The notes beneath the pieces were generated by a model, which did not search any database, was not told where the DNA came from, and saw only the letters and a list, made by a program, of their open reading frames with translations. This document shows, one piece after another, positions 55,273 through 62,333 of a stretch of DNA of 64,000 nt. Made by a program: the position numbers and the translations under genes. Position 1 is the stretch's first letter. Each line of letters opens with the position of its first letter. Source of the stretch: an uncultured Spirochaetales bacterium (GTDB lineage Bacteria; Spirochaetota; Spirochaetia; DSM-27196; CAZFLD01); assembly GCA_964519835.1 (NCBI GenBank), contig CAZFLD010000002.1:73730-137729 (forward strand). Reading direction: 5' to 3'.

Positions 55273-55754
55273 AACGATCGCCCGCCCCTTTGCGTGCGGT
55301 TTTGCGCCGCGCCAAATCCCTTGACGTACACCAGCCCAATCAAACCAAAGAGAAGTCCCGTCCCGCCGAGCACAAGCGCGCGCCCCCACAGTCCCATCGC
55401 ATCCGCGACGCGGGCGTTGGTTGGGTTGTCGACGGGATAGAGGATCGCCACCTCGTCACCTACCTGGAACCTACGCGCAAGTGTGCCGTGGTCCGCTACA
55501 AATCGATACTCTGCTTGGCCGGTATTGAATTGGATCTCGGGATAGTGCATGGCGCCTGACTCCGGATCCGTGAGCGGAGCAGGATTATGCACCGTTCGGA
55601 CGGCGATGACTCGCCCCTGTCCGCTAATCGCGTTGGACAAAAAGGCGGCGGTGCCCAAGACGGAGACGACACCCACTACCAGCAGAATCGCGGCAAGACC
55701 AAAAAAACCCACGGAGAAAAGCTGTCGGGTCGTGAACTTGTGACGTGTTGTCAT
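55269..55754 (-). CDS. DUF3592-like membrane protein
   Basis: TM segment, a beta-rich middle (GQGRVIAVRTV ... YPEIQFNTGQAEYRFV ... FQVGDEVAILYPVDNP), then two TM segments. ATG 55754 preferred over TTG 55769. Confidence 0.6.
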   Translation of the reverse strand: MTTRHKFTTRQLFSVGFFGLAAILLVVGVVSVLGTAAFLSNAISGQGRVIAVRTVHNPAPLTDPESGAMHYPEIQFNTGQAEYRFVADHGTLARRFQVGDEVAILYPVDNPTNARVADAMGLWGRALVLGGTGLLFGLIGLVYVKGFGAAQNRTQRGGRSF

Positions 55755-55811
55755 GAGAAAAAGATACAATTAGATGGAGCCGAGAGACGAGGGCCTTGGT
55801 ATATTCCGCAA

Positions 55812-56495
55812 GTGGCTTCTATCCTCTGTTTACATGGCTACGGCGTTCGCAGTTGGTTCTGGGACAGGGTGTATACCGAGCTGACGCGCCGGGGTCACCG
55901 GGTGATTACGCCCGACTTGCAGATGCGTTCGATGAGTGAGTTGATGGCGGACGTCGATCGGCTGATAACGGAAAACGCACCGTCGGTCGTTCTCGGACAC
56001 AGTCTTGGGGCCGCCATGGCGGTGCGAAACCTCGACCATCGACTAAGGGCAGCCGTCCTGCTTGCCCCTCCCGCGGCTGCACGAGCAAACTCCACGTCGG
56101 GGCTGACACTCTTTTTGCTCCGGCACCATCTGATACCACATTTTGTTCTAAGACGTCGGTTTTTCCGGACAACACAGCTGTCGGACCAGAAGCGCATCTT
56201 TGACGATGCGGTGCGCGAAACGCCGGAGCTCCAAGAGGCGGTCTTCCGGGGAGATGCATTGGTAAAAGAGCTACGGCCGGCCGACGTACCGGTTCTGGTC
56301 ATCGGAAGCGAAGCCGATGCCGTCATACCCGTAAACGAATCACGACACATCGCAGAGGCCCTCGAAGGTGAGATACACGTCTTCCCAAAGAACTTGCGAA
56401 TCGGACACAACGATCTGGTTACGTCCGTCGATGGGAGCTCCAGGGTCTGCGAGCTGATCGAATCGTTTCTCGAGCGCGAGCTCGGCCGCGAGTAG
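55812..56495 (+). CDS. Alpha/beta hydrolase
   Basis: LCLHGYG, the nucleophile elbow GHSLGA, and a C-terminal GHNDL. There is no ATG after the upstream gene, so GTG 55812 is a tentative start. Confidence 0.7.
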   Translation: MASILCLHGYGVRSWFWDRVYTELTRRGHRVITPDLQMRSMSELMADVDRLITENAPSVVLGHSLGAAMAVRNLDHRLRAAVLLAPPAAARANSTSGLTLFLLRHHLIPHFVLRRRFFRTTQLSDQKRIFDDAVRETPELQEAVFRGDALVKELRPADVPVLVIGSEADAVIPVNESRHIAEALEGEIHVFPKNLRIGHNDLVTSVDGSSRVCELIESFLERELGRE

Positions 56496-56522
56496 CCACG
56501 GCTCAGGCGAGGATAAAACACC

Positions 56523-58154
56523 TCATTCGAGCGGGATCGGTTTGCCAATCCTGTAGCCTTGAACAAACTCGATCTTGCGCGAGGTCAGATGATCCAGAAT
56601 CTCGTCGGAATCGACAAACTCGGCGACAAGACGCATGTTTGCCGACTCCGCAAAGGACCGAATGACGTCGAGCAAATTGCTCACCACCGGATCAACACAC
56701 ACTCGCTGGATGATAGACCCGTCCACCTTGAGGTAGTCCATGTTCAGATCAACAACGGTTTTGAAATTGGAGTACCCGCTTCCAAAGTCGTCAATGGCCA
56801 ACGATGCACCAAAATCCCGCACCTGGTCGACGAAGTCCTTGATCAGCGAAAAGTGTTGAATTCCCTCTTGCTCGACGATCTCTAAAGTGAGTCTCCGGGC
56901 AAGATCGGGCTCCTTTGCCAATGTGTCGAGAATAAGAGCGCGGGTCTTTTCGTTTTCGATGTCGAGCACCGAGAGATTGACCGACAAACCTTCTTCGCGG
57001 CCGCGAAACACCTCGATGCTCTTTTGCATGATTGTCCTGGTGATGTCGGGGTAGTACTTCGAGTTTTTGGCAACACGCATAAACTGCCCGGGACTCGACA
57101 CCCCGCCGTCTGCGGTTTGAATCCGCGCCAGTGCTTCGTACTTCACGACCCGGCCGGTGGCAGTCTCCGCGATAGGCTGGAAATACGGAACAACCAGATT
57201 CTCACCGACCGCTTCGCGGATCCGAGCCAGCCAATAGAGATTGTCGGCAAATTCCTTTTGCGCGACCGGCACCACGTCGTCGGCAAACGCGATCCCGCCC
57301 CTGCTCGTGACAACCTTCTCAAGTGCCAACTCAGCACGTTCGAGGATTCGGTCGTCTCCAATCGCCACCACCGCGGTGTAGCCATGCCGATGGGGCACAC
57401 CTTTGACCGCGCTTTCGTGCCCACTCAAGCGGTCGACTACGCTGCCGGCGCACTCCAGGGAAGAAACCCTGTCGATAGGTTCCTCGCTCTCCAAAAAGAA
57501 GCCAAAGACGCCCGGGTTTAGATGATACAGCCGGGCCGCGGGCAGTGTCTCCTCGGTCACCGCCCGCAAGAGCTCGGCGAAGGCCCGCTCCATCTCGGTG
57601 GACGCCACATCGCCATAGAGTCGCGCCACCGCTTCCAGATCGTCTATCTTGAGCAGCAATAGCCACGGCTCGGCCGCGGTCTCTGCCAGAGCCTCACGAA
57701 ATGCGGCCCGATTGGGAAGACCGGAATGGGGATTGGCGGTCGATAGAACGTACTTTCTGTTGATCAGCGAGAAGCCGAGATACGACCGCACATGCGCCAG
57801 CAACTCCAAGCGATCAAAGGGCTTGGAAACAAAGGCCATCGCACCTGCGTCGAAGGCCTGAATGCGATCTTCGGACTCGTTGAGCGCCGTCAGCATGAGG
57901 ATCGGGATTCGCGCGGTCTCAGGATCGTCCTTGAGACGCCGCGTGGCTTCGAGACCGTCCATCTCCGGCATCATCAAGTCCATCAGGATCAAGTCCGGTT
58001 TCCTGCCCTGGGCAAGCTGGATCGCTTCGAGCCCATTAGTCGCCTCGATAAAGTCGTAGTCGTAGGACTTAAAGGTCGATCGGATCACCAAGCGATTCAC
58101 GCGATTGTCGTCGGCGAGGAGAATAAGTGGTCGTTCTACTGATCCGCTTGGCAT
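56523..58154 (-). CDS. Response-regulator receiver / degenerate GGDEF / EAL phosphodiesterase
   Basis: REC domain (LLADDN ... DLILMDLMMPEMDG ... LTA ... KP). GGDEF-like domain with NPGVF in place of GGDEF. EAL motifs YEALARI, SVNLS, EIVEQ, AIDDFGSGYSN, LKVDG, AEFVD, QGY. Confidence 0.85.
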   Translation of the reverse strand: MPSGSVERPLILLADDNRVNRLVIRSTFKSYDYDFIEATNGLEAIQLAQGRKPDLILMDLMMPEMDGLEATRRLKDDPETARIPILMLTALNESEDRIQAFDAGAMAFVSKPFDRLELLAHVRSYLGFSLINRKYVLSTANPHSGLPNRAAFREALAETAAEPWLLLLKIDDLEAVARLYGDVASTEMERAFAELLRAVTEETLPAARLYHLNPGVFGFFLESEEPIDRVSSLECAGSVVDRLSGHESAVKGVPHRHGYTAVVAIGDDRILERAELALEKVVTSRGGIAFADDVVPVAQKEFADNLYWLARIREAVGENLVVPYFQPIAETATGRVVKYEALARIQTADGGVSSPGQFMRVAKNSKYYPDITRTIMQKSIEVFRGREEGLSVNLSVLDIENEKTRALILDTLAKEPDLARRLTLEIVEQEGIQHFSLIKDFVDQVRDFGASLAIDDFGSGYSNFKTVVDLNMDYLKVDGSIIQRVCVDPVVSNLLDVIRSFAESANMRLVAEFVDSDEILDHLTSRKIEFVQGYRIGKPIPLE

Positions 58155-58212
58155 AATCTTTTTGTAACAGCGAGCCCTGGTTTGGTGGCGCCCTCTATTT
58201 TTTTGCGCCCCT

Positions 58213-58758
58213 CTAGAGCCTAATCGTAAACGACCCCCGTGCTTTGTGATGGCTCGAAAAATTATCCGCCCCGTCCGGCCCCAGGGCCCAGATTACTTCT
58301 ATGTCGTCGCCGGCCGCAAGTGCTTGATCGTATTCATCGCCCGCCGCAAGCGGCCGCCGCAAGCGAAGCCGAGTGAACCCGTCGGACTCCTCGCCGTCGA
58401 TCAGCGTTAGGTCATCGTTACCGCCGATGGCAGTATCGGCGTTGTGCGCAAACATGCCCACGCCGAAGTCGTCTCTAACCATCACGTCCGTGCCCGAAAC
58501 ATAGCCGATTATGTAGTCCGCGTCCGCCATTGCCTGCGAGGGATTAAAGCCGATCGCCACCCATCCCGTCGTGGCACCTCCAACGTGGAACTCGATTTCG
58601 CTCCCGTCGATCCGCCATCGCAGCTCGACGTCCTCCGTCACAAGCTCCATAAAGCCGTCATCAGCCTCAACAGGTCCCGCAGCCTCCTCGCTTTCTCCAT
58701 TAGCAAAGACCAGGCCGGAAACGGCCAAAACCACAAGCACGAGTAAAAAACGTCTCAC
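58213..58758 (-). CDS. DOMON-domain secreted/anchored protein
   Basis: Signal-like RRFLLVLVVLAVSGLVFA followed by a DOMON-like beta-sandwich pattern (GWVAIGFNPS ... DYIIGYV). GTG 58758 is chosen because GGAGGAG lies 5 nt upstream. Confidence 0.7.
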   Translation of the reverse strand: MRRFLLVLVVLAVSGLVFANGESEEAAGPVEADDGFMELVTEDVELRWRIDGSEIEFHVGGATTGWVAIGFNPSQAMADADYIIGYVSGTDVMVRDDFGVGMFAHNADTAIGGNDDLTLIDGEESDGFTRLRLRRPLAAGDEYDQALAAGDDIEVIWALGPDGADNFSSHHKARGSFTIRL

Positions 58759-58877
58759 AAGCACTCCTCCAAGCCGGGTGATTTTTCCGCGGACAGGCGC
58801 CCCCGGGGTCCGGCAAACCAGAAAATACTCAAACCTAACCGGCCCGAACACCGCCTCGCCGGTTTTTTCGACGACCC

Positions 58878-58937
58878 GTGCAATCTGGTGGGATCAGGTG
58901 CAATCTGGTTCAATCTGGTGCAATCTGGTGGGATTCC
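58878..58937. repeat. Phased 10-bp tandem direct repeats in divergent intergenic region
   Basis: Units CAATCTGGTG / GGATCAGGTG / CAATCTGGTT / CAATCTGGTG / CAATCTGGTG (58881-58930). The 17-mer GTGCAATCTGGTGGGAT occurs at 58878-58894 and 58918-58934. Confidence 0.9.
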
Positions 58938-58980
58938 CAGAGCGGGTGCGAAATGGTATCAGTATCATGAGGCTTTACCT

Positions 58981-59535
58981 GTGATTCAAAACTACCGCTT
59001 ACTAATCATCGTATCTGTTATTGGTCTTGTCCTAGCCGCATGTCGGACGGCCGCGCCGGTGGAGGAAGAGCCGGACCGGTTGGAGGTGTACAGCTCCTAC
59101 GGCGAGATCGAACCGGAAACCAACACGGCGCCGACGCAACTCGTCGAGGTGTATCGGGATCGCCTTGCCACGACGGACCGCGTGGGTGTGTTTTGGGATA
59201 TCGGGGATGTGGTGTCGGTGGTCGGTGACGAGGAGGAAACGGTCCCGCTCACGCCGGGGCGTGAGGCGCACATTCGCTCCATTCTCGACGTGGATGAGAT
59301 AGCAAACGTTTACGAGGTATCGGACGAAGAGGCGGCGGACATCACAATTCGTGTCAACCCAACGTTTACGATCACGGAAGACGAATCCGTCTACCTCGTG
59401 GACTACCGCTATGAGTACCGGCTGATCGACACGAAGTCGCGGGAGATCTTAGGCCGCGATGCTTTTACGTTCCGGTTTGTTCAGCTACAGGATGCGGAAG
59501 ACATCTCGAAGCTAGTCTTGTATCGGTGGGAGTAG
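58981..59535 (+). CDS. Putative lipoprotein, unknown function
   Basis: Lipobox-like LVLAAC after a hydrophobic h-region (LLIIVSVIGLVLAAC). GTG 58981 has GAGG 9 nt upstream. The track start 58888 lies inside the repeat array. Confidence 0.6.
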   Translation: MIQNYRLLIIVSVIGLVLAACRTAAPVEEEPDRLEVYSSYGEIEPETNTAPTQLVEVYRDRLATTDRVGVFWDIGDVVSVVGDEEETVPLTPGREAHIRSILDVDEIANVYEVSDEEAADITIRVNPTFTITEDESVYLVDYRYEYRLIDTKSREILGRDAFTFRFVQLQDAEDISKLVLYRWE

Positions 59536-59539
59536 GCCC

Positions 59540-60553
59540 CTGTCGCATCGGGTCCTCGGCGCACTACAGCGAAATTGGTTTCTTGTCGGGATAGTTCTCG
59601 CCGCCGTTTTGGGGACGGTTCTTGACGGTGCCGGCGCGGTCCTCAATCCCGGGGGTATCACAACCACCGTAATAACCGTCGGCCTCTTTTTGGTCATTGG
59701 ATTGACACTACCGGCGGAACAGGTGCGAACGGGGGGCAAAAACGTTCGCTTCCACCTGACCGCGCAGCTGTTTATTTTCCTGATCACACCCGTGGCGTTT
59801 TTTGCGCTGTCGCGTTTGTTTGTTGGGTATTTCGACGGAATGCTGGCAACGGGAATTGTCGCGGTGGGTGTGCTGCCGACCACCGTCTCGAGCTGCGTTG
59901 TGCTTACGCAGAGCTCCGAAGGCAACACGGTAGCGGCGGTTTTCAACGCCGCCTTTGCAAATCTCATCGGCGTCGTGGTTTCCCCGGCCATTCTCTCGTT
60001 TTTGCTGAGCCGCGCGGGTGGCGGACTAGCGGCCGAGGAAATTCTCGTGACCTATCGCAACCTGGCTCTTCAGATGCTGCTTCCGATAGGAGTGGGACAG
60101 CTGATCCGGTTCCTCCTCAAGGAACGGGCCGTAAAGCTCAAAAAGCCGCTTTCCACCGCCGCAAACGCGGCGATTGTCAGCGTGGTGTTTTTTACGGTTT
60201 CGCGCAGTGCCGCAAATCCGGAGTTCACCCACCGCCTGCTACAACTGCCTGTGCCGTTTTTGGGACTCGCTTTTGCCCATCTACTGCTCCTTGGAGCGGC
60301 GATGTTAGTCGCCTCACTCTTAAAAATGCCACGAGAGGATCGTGTTGCATTGGGCTACGTCGCCCCGCAAAAGACCTTGGCACTCGGAGCCCCGCTTTTG
60401 ACGACCTATTTTGCCTCGTCTCCGGAGGTCCTTGGTGTTGCAATACTGCCCGTCCTTTTCTACCACCTATTTCAGCTACTCGTTGCCGGACTACTCCGCG
60501 GGACGGTCTTTGCACCGAACAAGCCACGCCCCGAGCAAGCGGCCGAACGATAG
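59540..60553 (+). CDS. Bile acid:sodium symporter (BASS/YfeH-like) family transporter
   Basis: Polytopic protein that resembles YfeH-type transporters throughout. The first TM helix (NWFLVGIVLAAVLG) is encoded upstream of the first canonical start (TTG 59609), so I propose CTG 59540 (GGGAG 7 nt upstream). The start is uncertain. Confidence 0.7.
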   Translation: MSHRVLGALQRNWFLVGIVLAAVLGTVLDGAGAVLNPGGITTTVITVGLFLVIGLTLPAEQVRTGGKNVRFHLTAQLFIFLITPVAFFALSRLFVGYFDGMLATGIVAVGVLPTTVSSCVVLTQSSEGNTVAAVFNAAFANLIGVVVSPAILSFLLSRAGGGLAAEEILVTYRNLALQMLLPIGVGQLIRFLLKERAVKLKKPLSTAANAAIVSVVFFTVSRSAANPEFTHRLLQLPVPFLGLAFAHLLLLGAAMLVASLLKMPREDRVALGYVAPQKTLALGAPLLTTYFASSPEVLGVAILPVLFYHLFQLLVAGLLRGTVFAPNKPRPEQAAER

Positions 60554-60570
60554 AGCATTAGGAGCCCCCA

Positions 60571-62328
60571 ATGATCCACGTACCAGCAACCACCTACGAT
60601 ACCTACACGTCGCGGCGGTCCGCGGTTGTCGGCCTCGGTCCGGTTGTTGCCTCGAGCCAGCCGGCTGCAAGCCACATCGGTGTGCAAGTCATGGAAAACG
60701 GAGGCACCGCCGCGGACGCTGCCGTTGCTACGGCGGCCGCGTTGCAGGTCACACAGCCCTGCTCGACAGGTCTTGGAGGTGACGCCTTTTTTGTGTACTA
60801 CGAAGCCGAGACAGGGGGGGTATTTGCCCTAAACGGTTCAGGGGCGCTTGCGTCGTCGCTCGCATTTGATGATGTCGCGCGGGTCTCGGAAGACAAACGT
60901 CTGCCGCCGTTTCATCCCTACACGGTAACCGTGCCGGGCGCCGCCGGGGCATGGGAGGCACTCCGCAAGCGCTTTGGGCGCCTCACTTTGGCGTCCTTGC
61001 TGGAGCCGGCGGCGAACCTCGCCGACCGCGGCTTTGCGGTCGCTCCGATGACGGCCTTGTGGTGGTCGGGAGGTGTGGACCGGCAGCTCAAACACCGACG
61101 TCACGGCCATGAGCTCCTGTTGGACGGAAGCGCGCCCCGCGCGGGTGAAGCGTTCCGCAATCCAACACTTGCGCACACGCTTTGGCAATTGGGAGCCGAG
61201 GGACCATCCCTTTTCTACGGCGGCGAGATTGGCAGGCGAATCGTCGACGAGGTGCGGCACGAGGGCGGAGCTTTGAGTCTTGCGGACTTGGCTGCCTACG
61301 AGCCCGAATGGGTAGAGACGATTCACACCGATTTCGAGGGGTATCGGATACACGAATGCCCACCAAACGGGCAGGGATTGGCGGCACTCTTGGCCCTGGC
61401 GATATACCGCGAAGCCGTCCGACGGGTCGGCGCGCGCGACGCAAGTTCGCCGGATGCGGGTGTAGCCAAACACCTGCAGGTGGAGGCTATGCGCCTGGCC
61501 TTTGCCGACACGGCCAGATACCTAGGCGACCCCGGGTCGACCCCCGTGCCGGTCGAAGAGCTGTTGAGCCGGTCCTACGCGGCAGATCGGGCGCTGCTGC
61601 TGTCGCCGGACCGACGGATCGAGCAAGCAAGTCCGGGAAATCCCTTCCGCGCCGGGGACGACACGGTCTACTTCTGCACGGCGGACGACAAGGGCAACCT
61701 GTGTTCTTTTATCAACAGCAACTACATGGGCTTTGGCACCGGGATCGTCCCCGAGGGTTGTGGTTTCTCGCTACAAAACCGCGGCCACGGCTTTTACGTG
61801 GAGGCGGGGCACCCCAACGCACCGGCGCCGGGAAAGCGCCCCTACCACACGATTATTCCCGGCATGGCGGTGCGGATTCCGGCCGGTGCGGCCGACGACG
61901 GACGCCCGGCGGACACGCGTAAAGGCGGCGCCGCGGAGGCCGCAGGCGGTGCAACCGGCGGCGGCGTCACCCGGAACGGTTGCGCCCTCAAGGCAATGGC
62001 GTTTGGCGTCATGGGGGGCATGATGCAGCCGCAGGGACATCTGCAGGTTGTGTCCGCCGTTCTTCGCGAAGGTCTCGATGCCCAGTCCGCCCTCGATGCG
62101 GCACGGTTTATGCTGGAGGGCGGCGAGGCCAACGGGAGGCTTTTGGTAGAGGATGGGATAGACGGCAAAGTTCTTGCTACACTACGGGCACGACATGGTG
62201 ACGTCGAGGTTGTGAGCGGCCGTCGGCGCGCGATGTTCGGCCTCGGCCAAGTAATCGCCGTGGCTGATAACGACGTCCGATGGGCGGGCAGCGATCCGAG
62301 AGGTGACGGCACCGCAATCGGGAGGTAG
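60571..62328 (+). CDS. ggt: Gamma-glutamyltranspeptidase family protein
   Basis: GGTAADAAVA, STGLGGDAF, the autoprocessing Thr context GDDTVYFCTADDKGN, and FGVMGG. Carries a Gly/Ala-rich insertion of about 35 aa. AGGAG SD. Confidence 0.85.
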   Translation: MIHVPATTYDTYTSRRSAVVGLGPVVASSQPAASHIGVQVMENGGTAADAAVATAAALQVTQPCSTGLGGDAFFVYYEAETGGVFALNGSGALASSLAFDDVARVSEDKRLPPFHPYTVTVPGAAGAWEALRKRFGRLTLASLLEPAANLADRGFAVAPMTALWWSGGVDRQLKHRRHGHELLLDGSAPRAGEAFRNPTLAHTLWQLGAEGPSLFYGGEIGRRIVDEVRHEGGALSLADLAAYEPEWVETIHTDFEGYRIHECPPNGQGLAALLALAIYREAVRRVGARDASSPDAGVAKHLQVEAMRLAFADTARYLGDPGSTPVPVEELLSRSYAADRALLLSPDRRIEQASPGNPFRAGDDTVYFCTADDKGNLCSFINSNYMGFGTGIVPEGCGFSLQNRGHGFYVEAGHPNAPAPGKRPYHTIIPGMAVRIPAGAADDGRPADTRKGGAAEAAGGATGGGVTRNGCALKAMAFGVMGGMMQPQGHLQVVSAVLREGLDAQSALDAARFMLEGGEANGRLLVEDGIDGKVLATLRARHGDVEVVSGRRRAMFGLGQVIAVADNDVRWAGSDPRGDGTAIGR

Positions 62329-62333
62329 AACAA

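Noticed and set aside
58839-58868. A hairpin plus T6 (CCGGC-14 nt-GCCGG-TTTTTT) on the plus strand as an orphan intrinsic terminator or sRNA 3' end.
   Set aside because: The stem is only 5 bp with a 14-nt loop. No plus-strand gene or promoter lies upstream; the region is upstream of the minus-strand DOMON gene. I treat it as a chance structure, although it sits next to the repeat array.
58878-58937. The tandem repeat array as a possible CRISPR or minisatellite-encoded peptide (track ORF 58888..59535 starts inside it).
   Set aside because: The units are 10 bp and contiguous, with no spacers and no cas genes. The ORF's repeat-encoded N-terminus (GAIWFNLVQSGG) precedes a much better start (GTG 58981) followed by a lipoprotein signal peptide.
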